This document shows positions 12,960-27,838 of a DNA stretch of 64,000 bases, in pieces (within the stretch, counting starts at the first letter, position 1; the number at the start of each line of letters is the position of its first letter). The DNA comes from Microbotryum violaceum (taxonomy: Eukaryota): positions 2,929,591-2,993,590 of the forward strand of contig LN717261.1 of NCBI GenBank assembly GCA_001244265.2. Direction: 5' to 3'. The notes under the pieces were generated by a model, which worked only from the letters and a program-made list of their open reading frames with translations, searched no databases and was not told where the DNA came from. Made by a program: the position numbers and the translations under genes.

Positions 12960-14340
12960 AATTTCTCCGCTCGCTTGGACGACCGGTTGTCACTGCAAGG
13001 AACTCACCGCGTTGATATCCTCCGCCGGTGTCTCGCTTTGTCGTCGCTCGCAGCAGCGCTTTCCGCGTCGAGTTTCTCCGCGATGATTCTCGCGACGAGC
13101 CTGCCGTGCCCAGTTCGCACTTGCCGCTCGTCGTCGACTTCTCCCGCTCGCTTGGCCGACCGTCTCTGCGACGACATGACCGCGTCGATATTCTCCGCCG
13201 GTGTCTCGCTTCGCCCTCACCCGCAGCGATTGCTGAGGGGGAGAGGGGAAAGTCAGGCCAGGGTCTTCCCTCGGTCCCGGACAACATTCTTCATCTTCCA
13301 AGTCATCAACAAGGATAGCAATACACCAATGTTGTCCTTCGTCTTGCTGCAACTCGAACCACTATTCCGCTACGACTCGCGTGAGTGGTCAGGAGAGTCG
13401 ATGGTCTTTTTGGCTTTTGCTGCAAGGATTTGACGCGCCGATTCAGGCTCGCGCGCACGGACCCTCTTATCCCCCGTGGATGCTATAGCTGTGCTTCCCA
13501 CACACGCGGGCTCACGGGCGGTACTCGCAACGCACGTTCCCCTTTGAGCCTTCACTGCGTTGTCAATGTTTCCCCCAGTGGATGCTATGGCTGTGCTTCC
13601 CACACGCGAGCCCAAGGGCGGTACTCGCAACGCACGTTCCCTTTCAGGCCTTCACTGCGTTGTTGACGTTTCCTTACCAGCCTCTGTGGCTGCGTTCACC
13701 ACCTGCTGGGACAGGTGCGTTCCTCACTCCCAAGACTACCTCCCAGCTGACGAGGTCGCTGATCGAGAGTTCCATCTTGCCGGACGTTCACAGCTGCTAG
13801 CAGCTCGGTATGAAACCCTCGACGTGGCTCGCTTAGAGTAGCTCGGGGTAAGTGCTTCGATACACCCAAGCTTGTTGCACGGTGTACTTTGCACTTGGAT
13901 GCCTGCAAATTCTTTGTGGGGGCATTTTGCTCCGAGTCCTTGTTGGGCAACGAGCTAAATCGCATATCTCTCAGCAGACCCTTTGCCGTCCTTTGCACCA
14001 ACCGCGCCACAACTGTCTTTATACAGTGTCTTGCCTTTGTCGCAAAGGTATGCTGAGACAATCAGTGGACTTGCTCCATCATCAGTTGCAGCCGACTGAC
14101 ATCCAGAAGCTTGGGTCGCAAAGCTCCCAATTGTCATCCCGCCCACCATCCCTGTGTATCACCAAGAAGTTCGGACTCTCCTCCGTTTAGATCAATTTCT
14201 TGCGGTTTTCCCCAGAAGGCTGGGTTTTCACCGCTTGAGGTATTTGTTTAACAGCTCCTACACCAATGTTGTCCTTCGTCTTGCTGCAACTCGAACCACT
14301 ATTCCGCTACGACTCGCGCGAGTGGTCAGGAGAGTCGAAA
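12960..14340. repeat. Mosaic of internal direct repeats, unclassified
   Basis: An ~80-bp direct repeat at 13322-13402 and 14258-14338; ~100-bp tandem units at ~13471-13570 and ~13572-13672; a shorter repeat at ~12965-13036 and ~13140-13211. Confidence 0.7.
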
Positions 14341-14577
14341 ACCTTTGGAAAAGTCGGAGGGAATGCAGTTAAGCCCGCCAACGAAAATTTTCAGGGATCT
14401 AGCTCTAACTATTATTGAAGCGCTTCAGCCTTCAGGGATGTTGCACTTGCACTCAATACGCGAGCGCTTGGGTGTAGGGTTTCGGGAGCCCTGCAATGAT
14501 TTCAACAGCAGTAGCATCACATGAGACCTTTACTCGCCTCATCTATCAGGTGTCGGTTTGGGAAGTTCAGGATACAG

Positions 14578-15743
14578 CTACACATGAGGATCCTTGACAG
14601 CGTACGGATCAAAGGGGGGTGGTACCGAAGCACTCGATTCCTCGGGTCCACCGACTGATGGAAACGATGAAATTGAAGCAGGCAGCGACGGCAGCGACAA
14701 GTCCCTAAGTTCAGGTTGCGATGCGATGAACTACAACCGTCAGGACCGCTCGACCAGATGACGACACGCAGCGCATTGAGCGAGGTACAAGGACTGACGC
14801 ACCATTTGATGTTGAATTTGGTCACCCTAGGTTTGTCGCTCAACACACTTCGGACCATCTTGTCGACGTACTTGGTGGGGTCGGGCGCGATACTGCACTT
14901 CCACAAAGCGTCTTCCTCGAGCGAAGCATCATATTGCGCCTTGAGCTCTGCGTCTCCGTACTCGGTATTGACGTAGTAGCCGATTCGAACGAACTCTTGC
15001 TCAGCGTACGCGCAGGTGAGCAATATTACGGTGACACCGATAAGGTCCGACGGTGGAATTCGCGAAGGCGATGGTGCTGCAGCCTGGAGATGATGAGCGG
15101 AGATGAAGAGTGAGAGGTGGTGCACACAGGCACCGATAGCTTCGACACAGACTTGCGATGCAATCGAGTGAAGTGGCTGGACAGGGGGAACAGACTGTCG
15201 AGCTAAGGAAGGTGACTAACCTCGAATTCGAAGCTGTTGACACCAACGGGGACAGGCCCGACCATGCACGTGTCCAACTCTTGGTCGAACGACTCGCTCT
15301 CGGCTGAGCCGACGTAGATTAACTTCCACTCAAGATCTGGGAACGGTAGCGATTCAGGTCAGGTCTGGACGAGGGTCAGACTCGAACCGCCACTGAGCCT
15401 GTTTCCAAGCGATCGGACGAAGCGAACCTTCTGCCAGCGGGGCCATGCATTCGAAGGTGATGCGAAAGACATATGGGTCGGTGAAGTTTGCTGGATTGGC
15501 CAGTACAGTGACGTCCCTGTCATAATATCACAGTCGACGAGATGATCAGTGGGAAAGGGTCACCTGGGCGGATGCGAGATCCTGGCGTCGGTCCAAAGCT
15601 CTAATCCGATGCGACGTGACGCGACGCGCGTGATAGCAAAGAGGTGGGGCGAGGGCGTTTGCCACGCTCGAGCGAGCTGAGCAAAACGTGTGCGGGGTGG
15701 GGAACGGGCATGCATGGACTGACTGAATGTTGATGATGCTCAT
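14578..15743 (-). CDS. ASF1: Histone H3-H4 chaperone anti-silencing function 1 (5 exons)
   Basis: Approximate exons 15743-15724, 15517-15428, 15336-15221, 15083-14803 and 14704-14578, separated by GT-AG introns. Spliced product: [135 protein letters not shown], the canonical Asf1 core. Confidence 0.96.
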
Positions 15744-17573
15744 GCTGCGTTAGTGTTCGGCTGTGCGGAGAGGTGTCAAGGGCCGTGCGGTTGGACTGTT
15801 GCTAGGTTGGCAACGGGTTGGAAGCCGGCAGCAGGACCCCCGACAGCCCGGCCTGAGGCGCGTAGTGCCCGACTGGACAAATTGTGGGCCTTAGATGGGC
15901 CAAAATCGCGAAGGCGCGTAGTCAGGGGTGGACAAATCAGGGTACGCCGTGTGGGTGGGGTCCTAGGCCCGTAGGTGCCAGTGGACAACTCTGGGCCCAT
16001 TTCAGCCACGTTCGGCTTGGTACGCCAGAGTTTGCCGACCCTCAAGAACGTGCGGAGCGCGCGCGAAACACTATGGCCTGTACCGAATTCAAAACAAGGG
16101 CTCTAATGGTTCGATTTTGCAATTATAGGCCTCTTGAGGCCTATAACACCTCTGACTATATATATAAGCACGCTAAAAAGTGGCGCGCGCAGCGCGCCTC
16201 CAACCCTCGCTTCCGCGCGGCGTAGCCATACATGTTGCCCCCCCTGCAACCCGGCTTGTATACATGTAAGGATATATCCTTACACATGAGTTAAGGTCAA
16301 TACACAACCAAATCTGTTCATCTTGATATTGTAACATCAACATATAACTATTTCTGAACGGTGTCTGCAAGGACTACATGATAGCATGTGTATTGCAAGA
16401 CTTGTAGTGATTCAAAATTTCTGTGTCCTTACCGCACCTCCCGTATCCTTACCGCACCCTCGTATCCTTACATGTGTCGACATGTGTAAGGATACGCGCG
16501 CGCGCGCACGTGCCATGTGGAACGACAGGAGGCGCACTCAGCTCGAAGCCTTTGTTCACATTTGTTCACCTAATTGTCCCCACACCGCCCATCGACGTCA
16601 ACACCGTGGCACTGTTTGACTTTTGCGAACCAGCCAATTGCGACCTCCAGCTTTGTGCCAGGAGGCACGGACTCAAATCTTTCATCAATGAGATTGCGGA
16701 ACCGCCAACTTCCTGACTGTGACGCCGGGCCCTGGACTCGGACTCGTTCTGGAGCTGGAGACCGGCCCCAATGGCGGACTCCCAAGTCGAGATTCAAAGT
16801 CCCAAGCATCAAACGCCAATCAACAGTAGGAACCAATCGTCAAATCAGGAAAGGAAACGGCCAGTCGGTCCCCGAGTCGGCAAACTCAGCGCATCCTCAG
16901 GACGATTCTGGCGACCTTCAAGCTAAAGCATTGACCTGCACGGTGTCCGCACCGCGGCTATCGAAATCCCCGACTTCAACAGGAGAATTTCCTATCACCG
17001 ATCGTACAAGCGACTTGCCTAATCGCATCAAGTCCGCAGAGGACTGCGAGGAGAACTGTGACAATTATGTGGACAATAAGCACAATGATCACAAGGACGA
17101 CGTGACAATGACTCACCTTGTTCCACTTGGCTCGCCCACGACACTCCCTTCCACCACACTATCAAGCAAGAGAAGTCAATGATGCCTCTCCTGTGCTCCC
17201 AGAACAGCGATCCTGGTTGGCCGTCGCTGCGCAGTCAAAGCAGTGTTGAGAGTGTGAATTCCGCTTCTAGCCTCCAAGTCGGCTCCCTTTCACCAGCCTT
17301 AGCTCCGAACCTCTCCCGTCTAAGGGTTTCACAACCCAAGGCTATTCCCAAGGACAGCTCCATTCTCCCCAAGCATCAACATACGACTCTTAAGCTTGAA
17401 GGTACGCCACATGTGTTGTCTAGATGGTAGGCCATTGGTAACGAGGCGAGGCGCGCGCCCGGAGGCTCGATTAGTTTTAAGGCAGTGGATTAGACTTAGT
17501 GTCTGAGTGGATTATAGTCTTGCGCGTGGGCCTATGCCTTCGCAAAGCAGACTCCCTTGTTTATCTTTTCTTT

Positions 17574-17732
17574 AATCACTTGTTCCTCGACTATCGGTTC
17601 TGACACTGCGCTGCGCATCATCCTACCGCTGCCACCTATATAGGTTAGTTGCAATACTTCAATCACGTGTTCCTCAACTATCGGTTCTGACACTGCGCTG
17701 CGTAACATCCTACCGCTGCCACCTCTATAGGT
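17574..17732 (+). repeat. ~70-bp direct repeat x2 inside MULE
   Basis: AATCAC(T/G)TGTTCCTC(G/A)ACTATCGGTTCTGACACTGCGCTGCG..CCACCT(A/C)TATAGGT at ~17574 and ~17661; also present in the inverted copy. Confidence 0.8.
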
Positions 17733-18356
17733 GGTGCACTTTTACATCAACATGCGCTCTCCCAGCCTGCTTAACAAAAGGCTTCACTGGAAATTGATAT
17801 TGTCCGCTTGCCTTTCTTAGTGTTGATGGTCAACTCTGAGGTTTCCTTGAAACCTCTCTTGGCGACTAACGTGCCGATGATATTTACGCTGTTGGTGTCC
17901 ATCAACTTCACGGAGACAGGACATTGTTTCGTCTATCTACGAGATATTTTGGAAGAGGTTGCTGAGCTAACTGGCCTGGCTCTCCAAGGTATGCAAGACA
18001 AGATTAGATTGGTTCCCAAGCAATGTTGACAGGCCACTCAGCCAGTTACTAACCGTTTAATTCGGCGACTTATCTGTGCCTTTGTACAGAGGACTCCTGC
18101 TTCGACTACTGGGTGGTCAACAACGCGGCTACGTCATCTACTCACTCGACTCCATGTCTTGCCTCCTGCCGGTACGACCAACTCGCAGCATTTACTGCTG
18201 CGACCGACTCTTCGGACAAAGTTCTCGGGTTAACCGGCTTCGTACTCGACATCGACTCATTGCCAGCAGAAGCAACCATTACCTTGAGAGTGCGTATAGC
18301 TTCATGAGTTGACGGATTCTACGTCGTTGAGCTTTAGTCGATGAGCTGACTCTTGA

Positions 18357-20417
18357 TTGCAAATGTCACAGGTCTACGAGCACATCAAGGCTCGACTCCC
18401 ATTCGTAAATATCACTACAAGACCTCAAGGCCGGGTAGATGCCCCTGTTCCAAGTGGCGCACCTTCTGCTTCCAAGCACAACTTGCTTGTCAGGGAAAAG
18501 CGTGAAGCATCTCCAAGCGACAGGATCTCCGGCAATCTACGTCCGAACACCGAACCATATTCAACGGATGACAAGCTCGTCAACAGTGAAGATCATGCGA
18601 ATTTACCAACATATAGTGAAGGAAGGACAACGATGACGGACTTGATGCTCGAAGCATACCCACAAGAGATTGTTCTTGATCCTTGGCGGCCCAACGGGAC
18701 TTGGGGCGGCGTCCTCATTGTTCGTATGGATCCAGGCTCGAGCGGTGGCTTGTCACACATGTGGGCTTTCTCGGCGTCATCATCTCGAACCGATTCGAAA
18801 GGGCGATGGAAAAGGCCGCGTTTGGATGCAAACGTCGAATACAGCAAGTACATCAAAAGACGTTGCATGGGCGTGTTCGTCTGTTGTGATCAATCATGCC
18901 CTGGCAAGCGTCGACCTCACACATCGCTGTCGACAGCGAGTAGGTCGAAGTTGTTTCAGGAGGAGACTCCACAGCTCGTCACAGGACGCCCCAAGAAGGC
19001 TGCAACCCGCAAGCACCTCGCTCCAAACGTTGAGAGGCCTTCAGACGAGTTACCGCCATGTCCAATCACAAGCTGTAACGGACCGATGAGGCACATCCTG
19101 TGCTCCGCTACGATTGCCCGAGGGCAGCGTGAGGAATGCCCGGGGGAAATATATATCTGGCATTCAGGGTACCATTTGCATCCTCCGCCTCCGGTGTCGC
19201 GTCCGTCCCCGCAACATCTGGAAGAGCTGCAACAATTGCGTAAAGGCGCTCCACAAGCATCGGCCGCCGAGCTGCGCATGGGACAAATGACCGCATTTCC
19301 GCAGGACCCTCGTCATCGGCCGTCCGCCTCTGAAATTTGCCCTGTATTCGACAGCACTCGATCAATCTCGAGATACGCACCAAGAGTGGGCCACAGTAAG
19401 CGTAATGGAGCCCTACCCGACACGTTGATGTCAGCTATTGAAGCTGTTGCCAATGCCGGTTGCCTCGCGTACATCGAAATACCGAGACAGCGCCAAGGGC
19501 AGCCACTTGCCGAGCTAATACACGATCCCGACCCTCGGAAGCAACCCAGGAACGATGGGTCGCGGTCGAAGTCGAAGATCACCTCCAATTCGCTAACCGA
19601 CTCTGAGACGTCATTTGGCATCCAGACTCCTCAGATGAAAGCGAGGCTCTCGGAAACGATTGAAGACCGGCTAGTCGAAGGCAATTTGGGATGGCCTACC
19701 GACGCTCACAACACCTACTTTCGCGACATTTGGGTGTTGCTCGCCACGGTCTGCTATTCGCCAAGCGCTCGTCGCTGGTTTCCGATTCTGTACTCCGTCG
19801 GCAACCACGAGCGATCGGGCTTCTACCGCCGACATTTTGCGCACCTATTCCAGATTCTTGACGATGCCAATTATAGCGTGGAGGACATCGTCAACGGAGT
19901 CACATTTGTTGTCGATTATTCAAGCGCGCAGATTTCGGGTCTTCGCCAAGCCATTTCGGATTGATACGTGGCACGCAAGACCGCAGATGTGGGACGCTTG
20001 AACGTCACACCCAAACAGGTGTCACAGTGGACTGCAGAGGCTATTCAGATTGGCGAGAAGGCGGCAAGCGGGTGCGCCTTTCACTTCATTGAGCAGGTCA
20101 GGAGGTTCGGGGTCCGACATCTCAGTACGCAAACGGAGCGCGAACGATTTGCAATGCTGGTCAACACCATGCGCAACGCGAAGTCCCATGCATCGATTGA
20201 GTCCATAGCAAAGCGCACGATCGACGAGTTTGCTGTGTCAGAGAATTGGATCAAATGGTGGACACGACCGGCGATTCGAAATGTGGTATTCAAGGAACTC
20301 AATGGATCCGCAGAAAGATGCGTGGCTACCACAACAAATGCGGTGGAATCTTCCCACTGGCTCCTAATCCATTCATGTGGTGGCGAACGCTTTGGACCGG
20401 TGGAAGGGGTGATGTGA
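18357..20417 (+). pseudogene. MULE-type DDE transposase with N-terminal GCM/WRKY-like Zn domain; one in-frame stop
   Basis: Zn domain RRCMGVFVCCDQSC..RP..CPITSCNGPMRHILC..IWHSGYHLHPPP, then WPTDAH, VVDYSSAQ, GCAFHF (CxxH), WIKWW and TTNAVESSH. ORFs 18357-19964 and 19968-20417 are in the same frame, separated by TGA 19962-19964. The true start may be spliced upstream. Confidence 0.75.
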
Positions 20418-20933
20418 CTTATCGACTTCGCGAAAATGACAGACCCAATTGAAAGTCATGCGACCGGTAAAGGCCTGGCATAGCGTTACCACCAACCCAT
20501 TATCCTCATCTAAAACCATTCTCGCCTTTGCTTTGAAAACAGACGGCTATGTCAGGAGTTCCACTTATCACGAGCAAGGCAACGTCCGCGCTCATATCAA
20601 AGAGATCAAGTCACGCAATTGGGTACCTTCATCCTACGTCAGTGACGCCAACATGCCTGAGCCTTCGATCTCGTTCGCTGCATCTGCTCGTCTAGCTGGC
20701 ATCGGGTTTTCTGAGTCACCACAAGGACCTTCAGACCTGTTGTTAGAAGTGGGGTCTGAGAGCCTAACTCATTGCTATTAGTCTTGGTTAGTACTTTATT
20801 CTGCGCGCGCGCCTATCTTTGTCTTTGCGTCGTTTTTCCTTCTGGGTTCCTTCTCCACGCTATTCTCATCATCTCATTCGTGTATCTCGGAGCTGAGTCG
20901 TGGAGTACCTCTTAGTCCTTGTTGCAACAGGTT

Positions 20934-24670
<3,737 letters not shown>

Positions 24671-24880
24671 AGTCTCTTTGACCGGTGGGAGTGTTAGAAG
24701 TGGGGTCTGAGAGCCTAACTCATTGCTATTAGTCTTGGTTAATACTTTATTCTGCGCGCGCGCCTATCTTTGTCTTTGCGTCTTTTTTCCTTCTGGGTTC
24801 CTTCTCCACGCTATTCTCATCATCTCACTCGTGTATCTCGGAGCTGAGTCGTGGAGTACCTCTGAGTCCTCGTTGCAACA

Positions 24881-27192
24881 CTTGTCATCCGTTGAATCTG
24901 GTTTGGTGTTCGGACGTAGATTGCCGGAGATCCTGTCGCTTGGAGATGCTTCACGCTTTTCCCTGACAAGCAAGTCGTGCTTGGAAGCAGAAGGTGCGCC
25001 ACTTGGAACAGGGGCATCTACCCGGCCTTGAGGTCTTGTAGTGATATTTACGAATGGGAGTCGAGCCTTGATGTGCTCGTAGACCTGTGACATTTGCAAT
25101 CAAGAGTCAGCTCATCGACTAAAGCTCAACGACGTAGAATCCGTCAACTCATGAAGCTATACGCACTCTCAAGGTAATGGTTGCTTCTGCTGGCAATGAG
25201 TCGATGTCGAGTACGAAGCCGGTTAACCCGAGAACCTTGTCCGAAGAGTCGGTCGCAGCAGTAAATGCTGCGAGTTGGTCGTACCGGCAGGAGGCAAGAC
25301 ATGGAGTCGAGTGAGTAGATGACGTAGCCGCGTTGTTGACCACCCAGTAGTCGAAGCAGGAGTCCTCTGTACAAAGGCACAGATAAGTCGCCGAATTAAA
25401 CGGTTAGTAACTGGCTGAGTGGCCTGTCAACATTGCTTGGGAACCAATCTAATCTTGTCTTGCATACCTTGGAGAGCCAGGCCAGTTAGCTCAGCAACCT
25501 CTTCCAAAATATCTCGTAGATAGACGAAACAATGTCCTGTCTCCGTGAAGTTGATGGACACCAACAGCGTAAATATCATCGGCACGTTAGTCGCCAAGAG
25601 AGGTTTCAAGGAAACCTCAGAGTTGACCATCAACACTAAGAAAGGCAAGCGGACAATATCAATTTCCAGTGAAGCCTTTTGTTAAGCAGGCTGGGAGAGC
25701 GCATGTTGATGTAAAAGTGCACCACCTATAGAGGTGGCAGCGGTAGGATGTTACGCAGCGCAGTGTCAGAACGATAGTTGAGGAACACGTGATTGAAGTA
25801 TTGCAACTAACCTATATAGGTGGCAGCGGTAGGATGATGCGCAGCGCAGTGTCAGAACCGATAGTCGAGGAACAAGTGATTAAAGAAAAGATAAACAAGG
25901 GAGTCTGCTTTGCGAAGGCATAGGCCCACGCGCAAGACTATAATCCACTCAGACACTAAGTCTAATCCACTGCCTTAAAACTAATCGAGCCTCCGGGCGC
26001 GCGCCTCGCCTCGTTACCGATGGCCTACCATCTAGACAACACATGTGGCGTACCTTCAAGCTTAAGAGTCGTATGTTGATGCTTGGGAGAATGGAGCTGT
26101 CCTTGGGAATAGCCTTGGGTTGTGAAACCCTTAGACGGGAGAGGTTCGGAGCTAAGGCTGGTGAAAGGGAGCCGACTTGGAGGCTAGAAGCGGAATTCAC
26201 ACTCTCAACACTGCTTTGACTGCGCAGCGACGGCCAACCAGGATCGCTGTTCTGGGAGCACAGGAGAGGCATCATTGACTTCTCTTGCTTGATAGTGTGG
26301 TGGAAGGGAGTGTCGTGGGCGAGCCAAGTGGAACAAGGTGAGTCATTGTCACGTCGTCCTTGTGATCATTGTGCTTATTGTCCACATAATTGTCACAGTT
26401 CTCCTCGCAGTCCTCTGCGGACTTGATGCGATTAGGCAAGTCGCTTGTACGATCGGTGATAGGAAATTCTCCTGTTGAAGTTGGGGATTTCGATAGCCGC
26501 GGTGCGGACACCGTGCAGGTCAATGCTTTAGCTTGAAGGTCGCCAGAATCGTCCTGAGGATGCGCTGAGTTTGCCGACTCGGGGACCGACTGGCCGTTTC
26601 CTTTCCTGATTTGACGATTGGTTCCTACTGTTGATTGGCGTTTGATGCTTGGGACTTTGAATCTCGACTTGGGAGTCCGCCATTGGGGCCGGTCTCCAGC
26701 TCCAGAACGAGTCCGAGTCCAGGGCCCGGCGTCACGGTCAGGAAGTTGGCGGTTCCGCAATCTCATTGATGAAAGATTTGAGTCCGTGCCTCCTGGCACA
26801 AAGCTGGAGGTCGCAATTGGCTGGTTCGCAAAAGTCAAACAGTGCCACGGTGTTGACGTCGATGGGCGGTGTGGGGACAATTAGGTGAACAAATGTGAAC
26901 AAAGGCTTCGAGCTGAGTGCGCCTCCTGTCGTTCCACATGGCACGTGCGCGCGCGCGCGTATCCTTACACATGTCGACACATGTAAGGATACGAGGGTGC
27001 GGTGAGGATACGGGAGGTGCGGTAAGGACACAGAAATTTTGAATCACTACAAGTCTTGCAATACACATGCTATCATGTAGTCCTTGCAGACACCGTTCAG
27101 AAATAGTTATATGTTGATGTTACAATATCAAGATGAACAGATTTGGTTGTGTATTGACCTTAACTCATGTGTAAGGATATATCCTTACATGT
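24881..27192 (-). mobile_element. Second, inverted copy of the MULE left arm (2.3 kb)
   Basis: Reverse complement of 16262-18574. The ORF track shows mirror ORFs, e.g. 16574-17182 and 26272-26880. Confidence 0.95.
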
Positions 27193-27211
27193 GTCGTGGC
27201 CGGGGAAAGCG

Positions 27212-27313
27212 CCTGTGTACTCCCGGGGGCCCTCCCTTGCGCCTTGTGTACCCCGGGAGTGATCACACCTTGCGCGCCGAATGACTGTGTATCCCCGGGA
27301 GTACACAGCCCCT
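27212..27313. repeat. Short inverted/direct repeat cluster (possible DNA-transposon terminus or MITE remnant)
   Basis: CTGTGTACTCCCGGGG (~27212) and its reverse complement CCCCGGGAGTACACAG (~27293), with a third related unit at ~27245. Confidence 0.55.
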
Positions 27314-27838
27314 ACAAGGTCCTTGGCCGATGGACCAATATCCCTGCTCACTCGACTACATAAACTATCACGTCAACGGAGTAGGTATGCGGTGACGTAT
27401 TTCATTGATTTTTGCTGACATGTTATCGCAAGCACTGTACAACGGAGCGCCATTGGACGCGTCTGGACCCATGCTTTGGGGTGCTGTTGGAACAGAACAA
27501 CTACAGCAACACCAATCCTCACCGCCCCCGCCCCCCTCTGGCAACGTTCCCAAACCTGAACCTGCAAATGTCAGCACCGATGCGCACCAATTTTTAGTTT
27601 TCAACTTAGCAGAACCTTCAAGCTTGTCACGTACTGCAGTTTGGTGAGTGTGGCTGTGGCGACCGGCTTGTGGGATCGTGGTCGTCAACGCGTCAACGCC
27701 TCATTAAGGCTGACATCCATTTTACTTTTGTGCACTGGCGTCCACATTCCACCATGTGCGATATGGGCCGCATACAAAAAGCAAAGTCCCTCAATAACAA
27801 ATAATCTACAGTCAACAAATGCGCCAAACCATCCCTAG

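Larger units (their letters stand above)
16262..20740 (+). mobile_element. Mutator-like (MULE) DNA transposon, left part, cut by a Copia element
   Basis: A palindromic terminal region (CATGTAAGGATATATCCTTACACATG) is followed by a transposase gene. 16262-18574 is duplicated inverted at 24881-27192. Confidence 0.75.

Noticed and set aside
14517-15125. Single-exon 202-aa ORF as the gene model
   Set aside because: It reads through introns at both ends; the spliced ASF1 model fits better.
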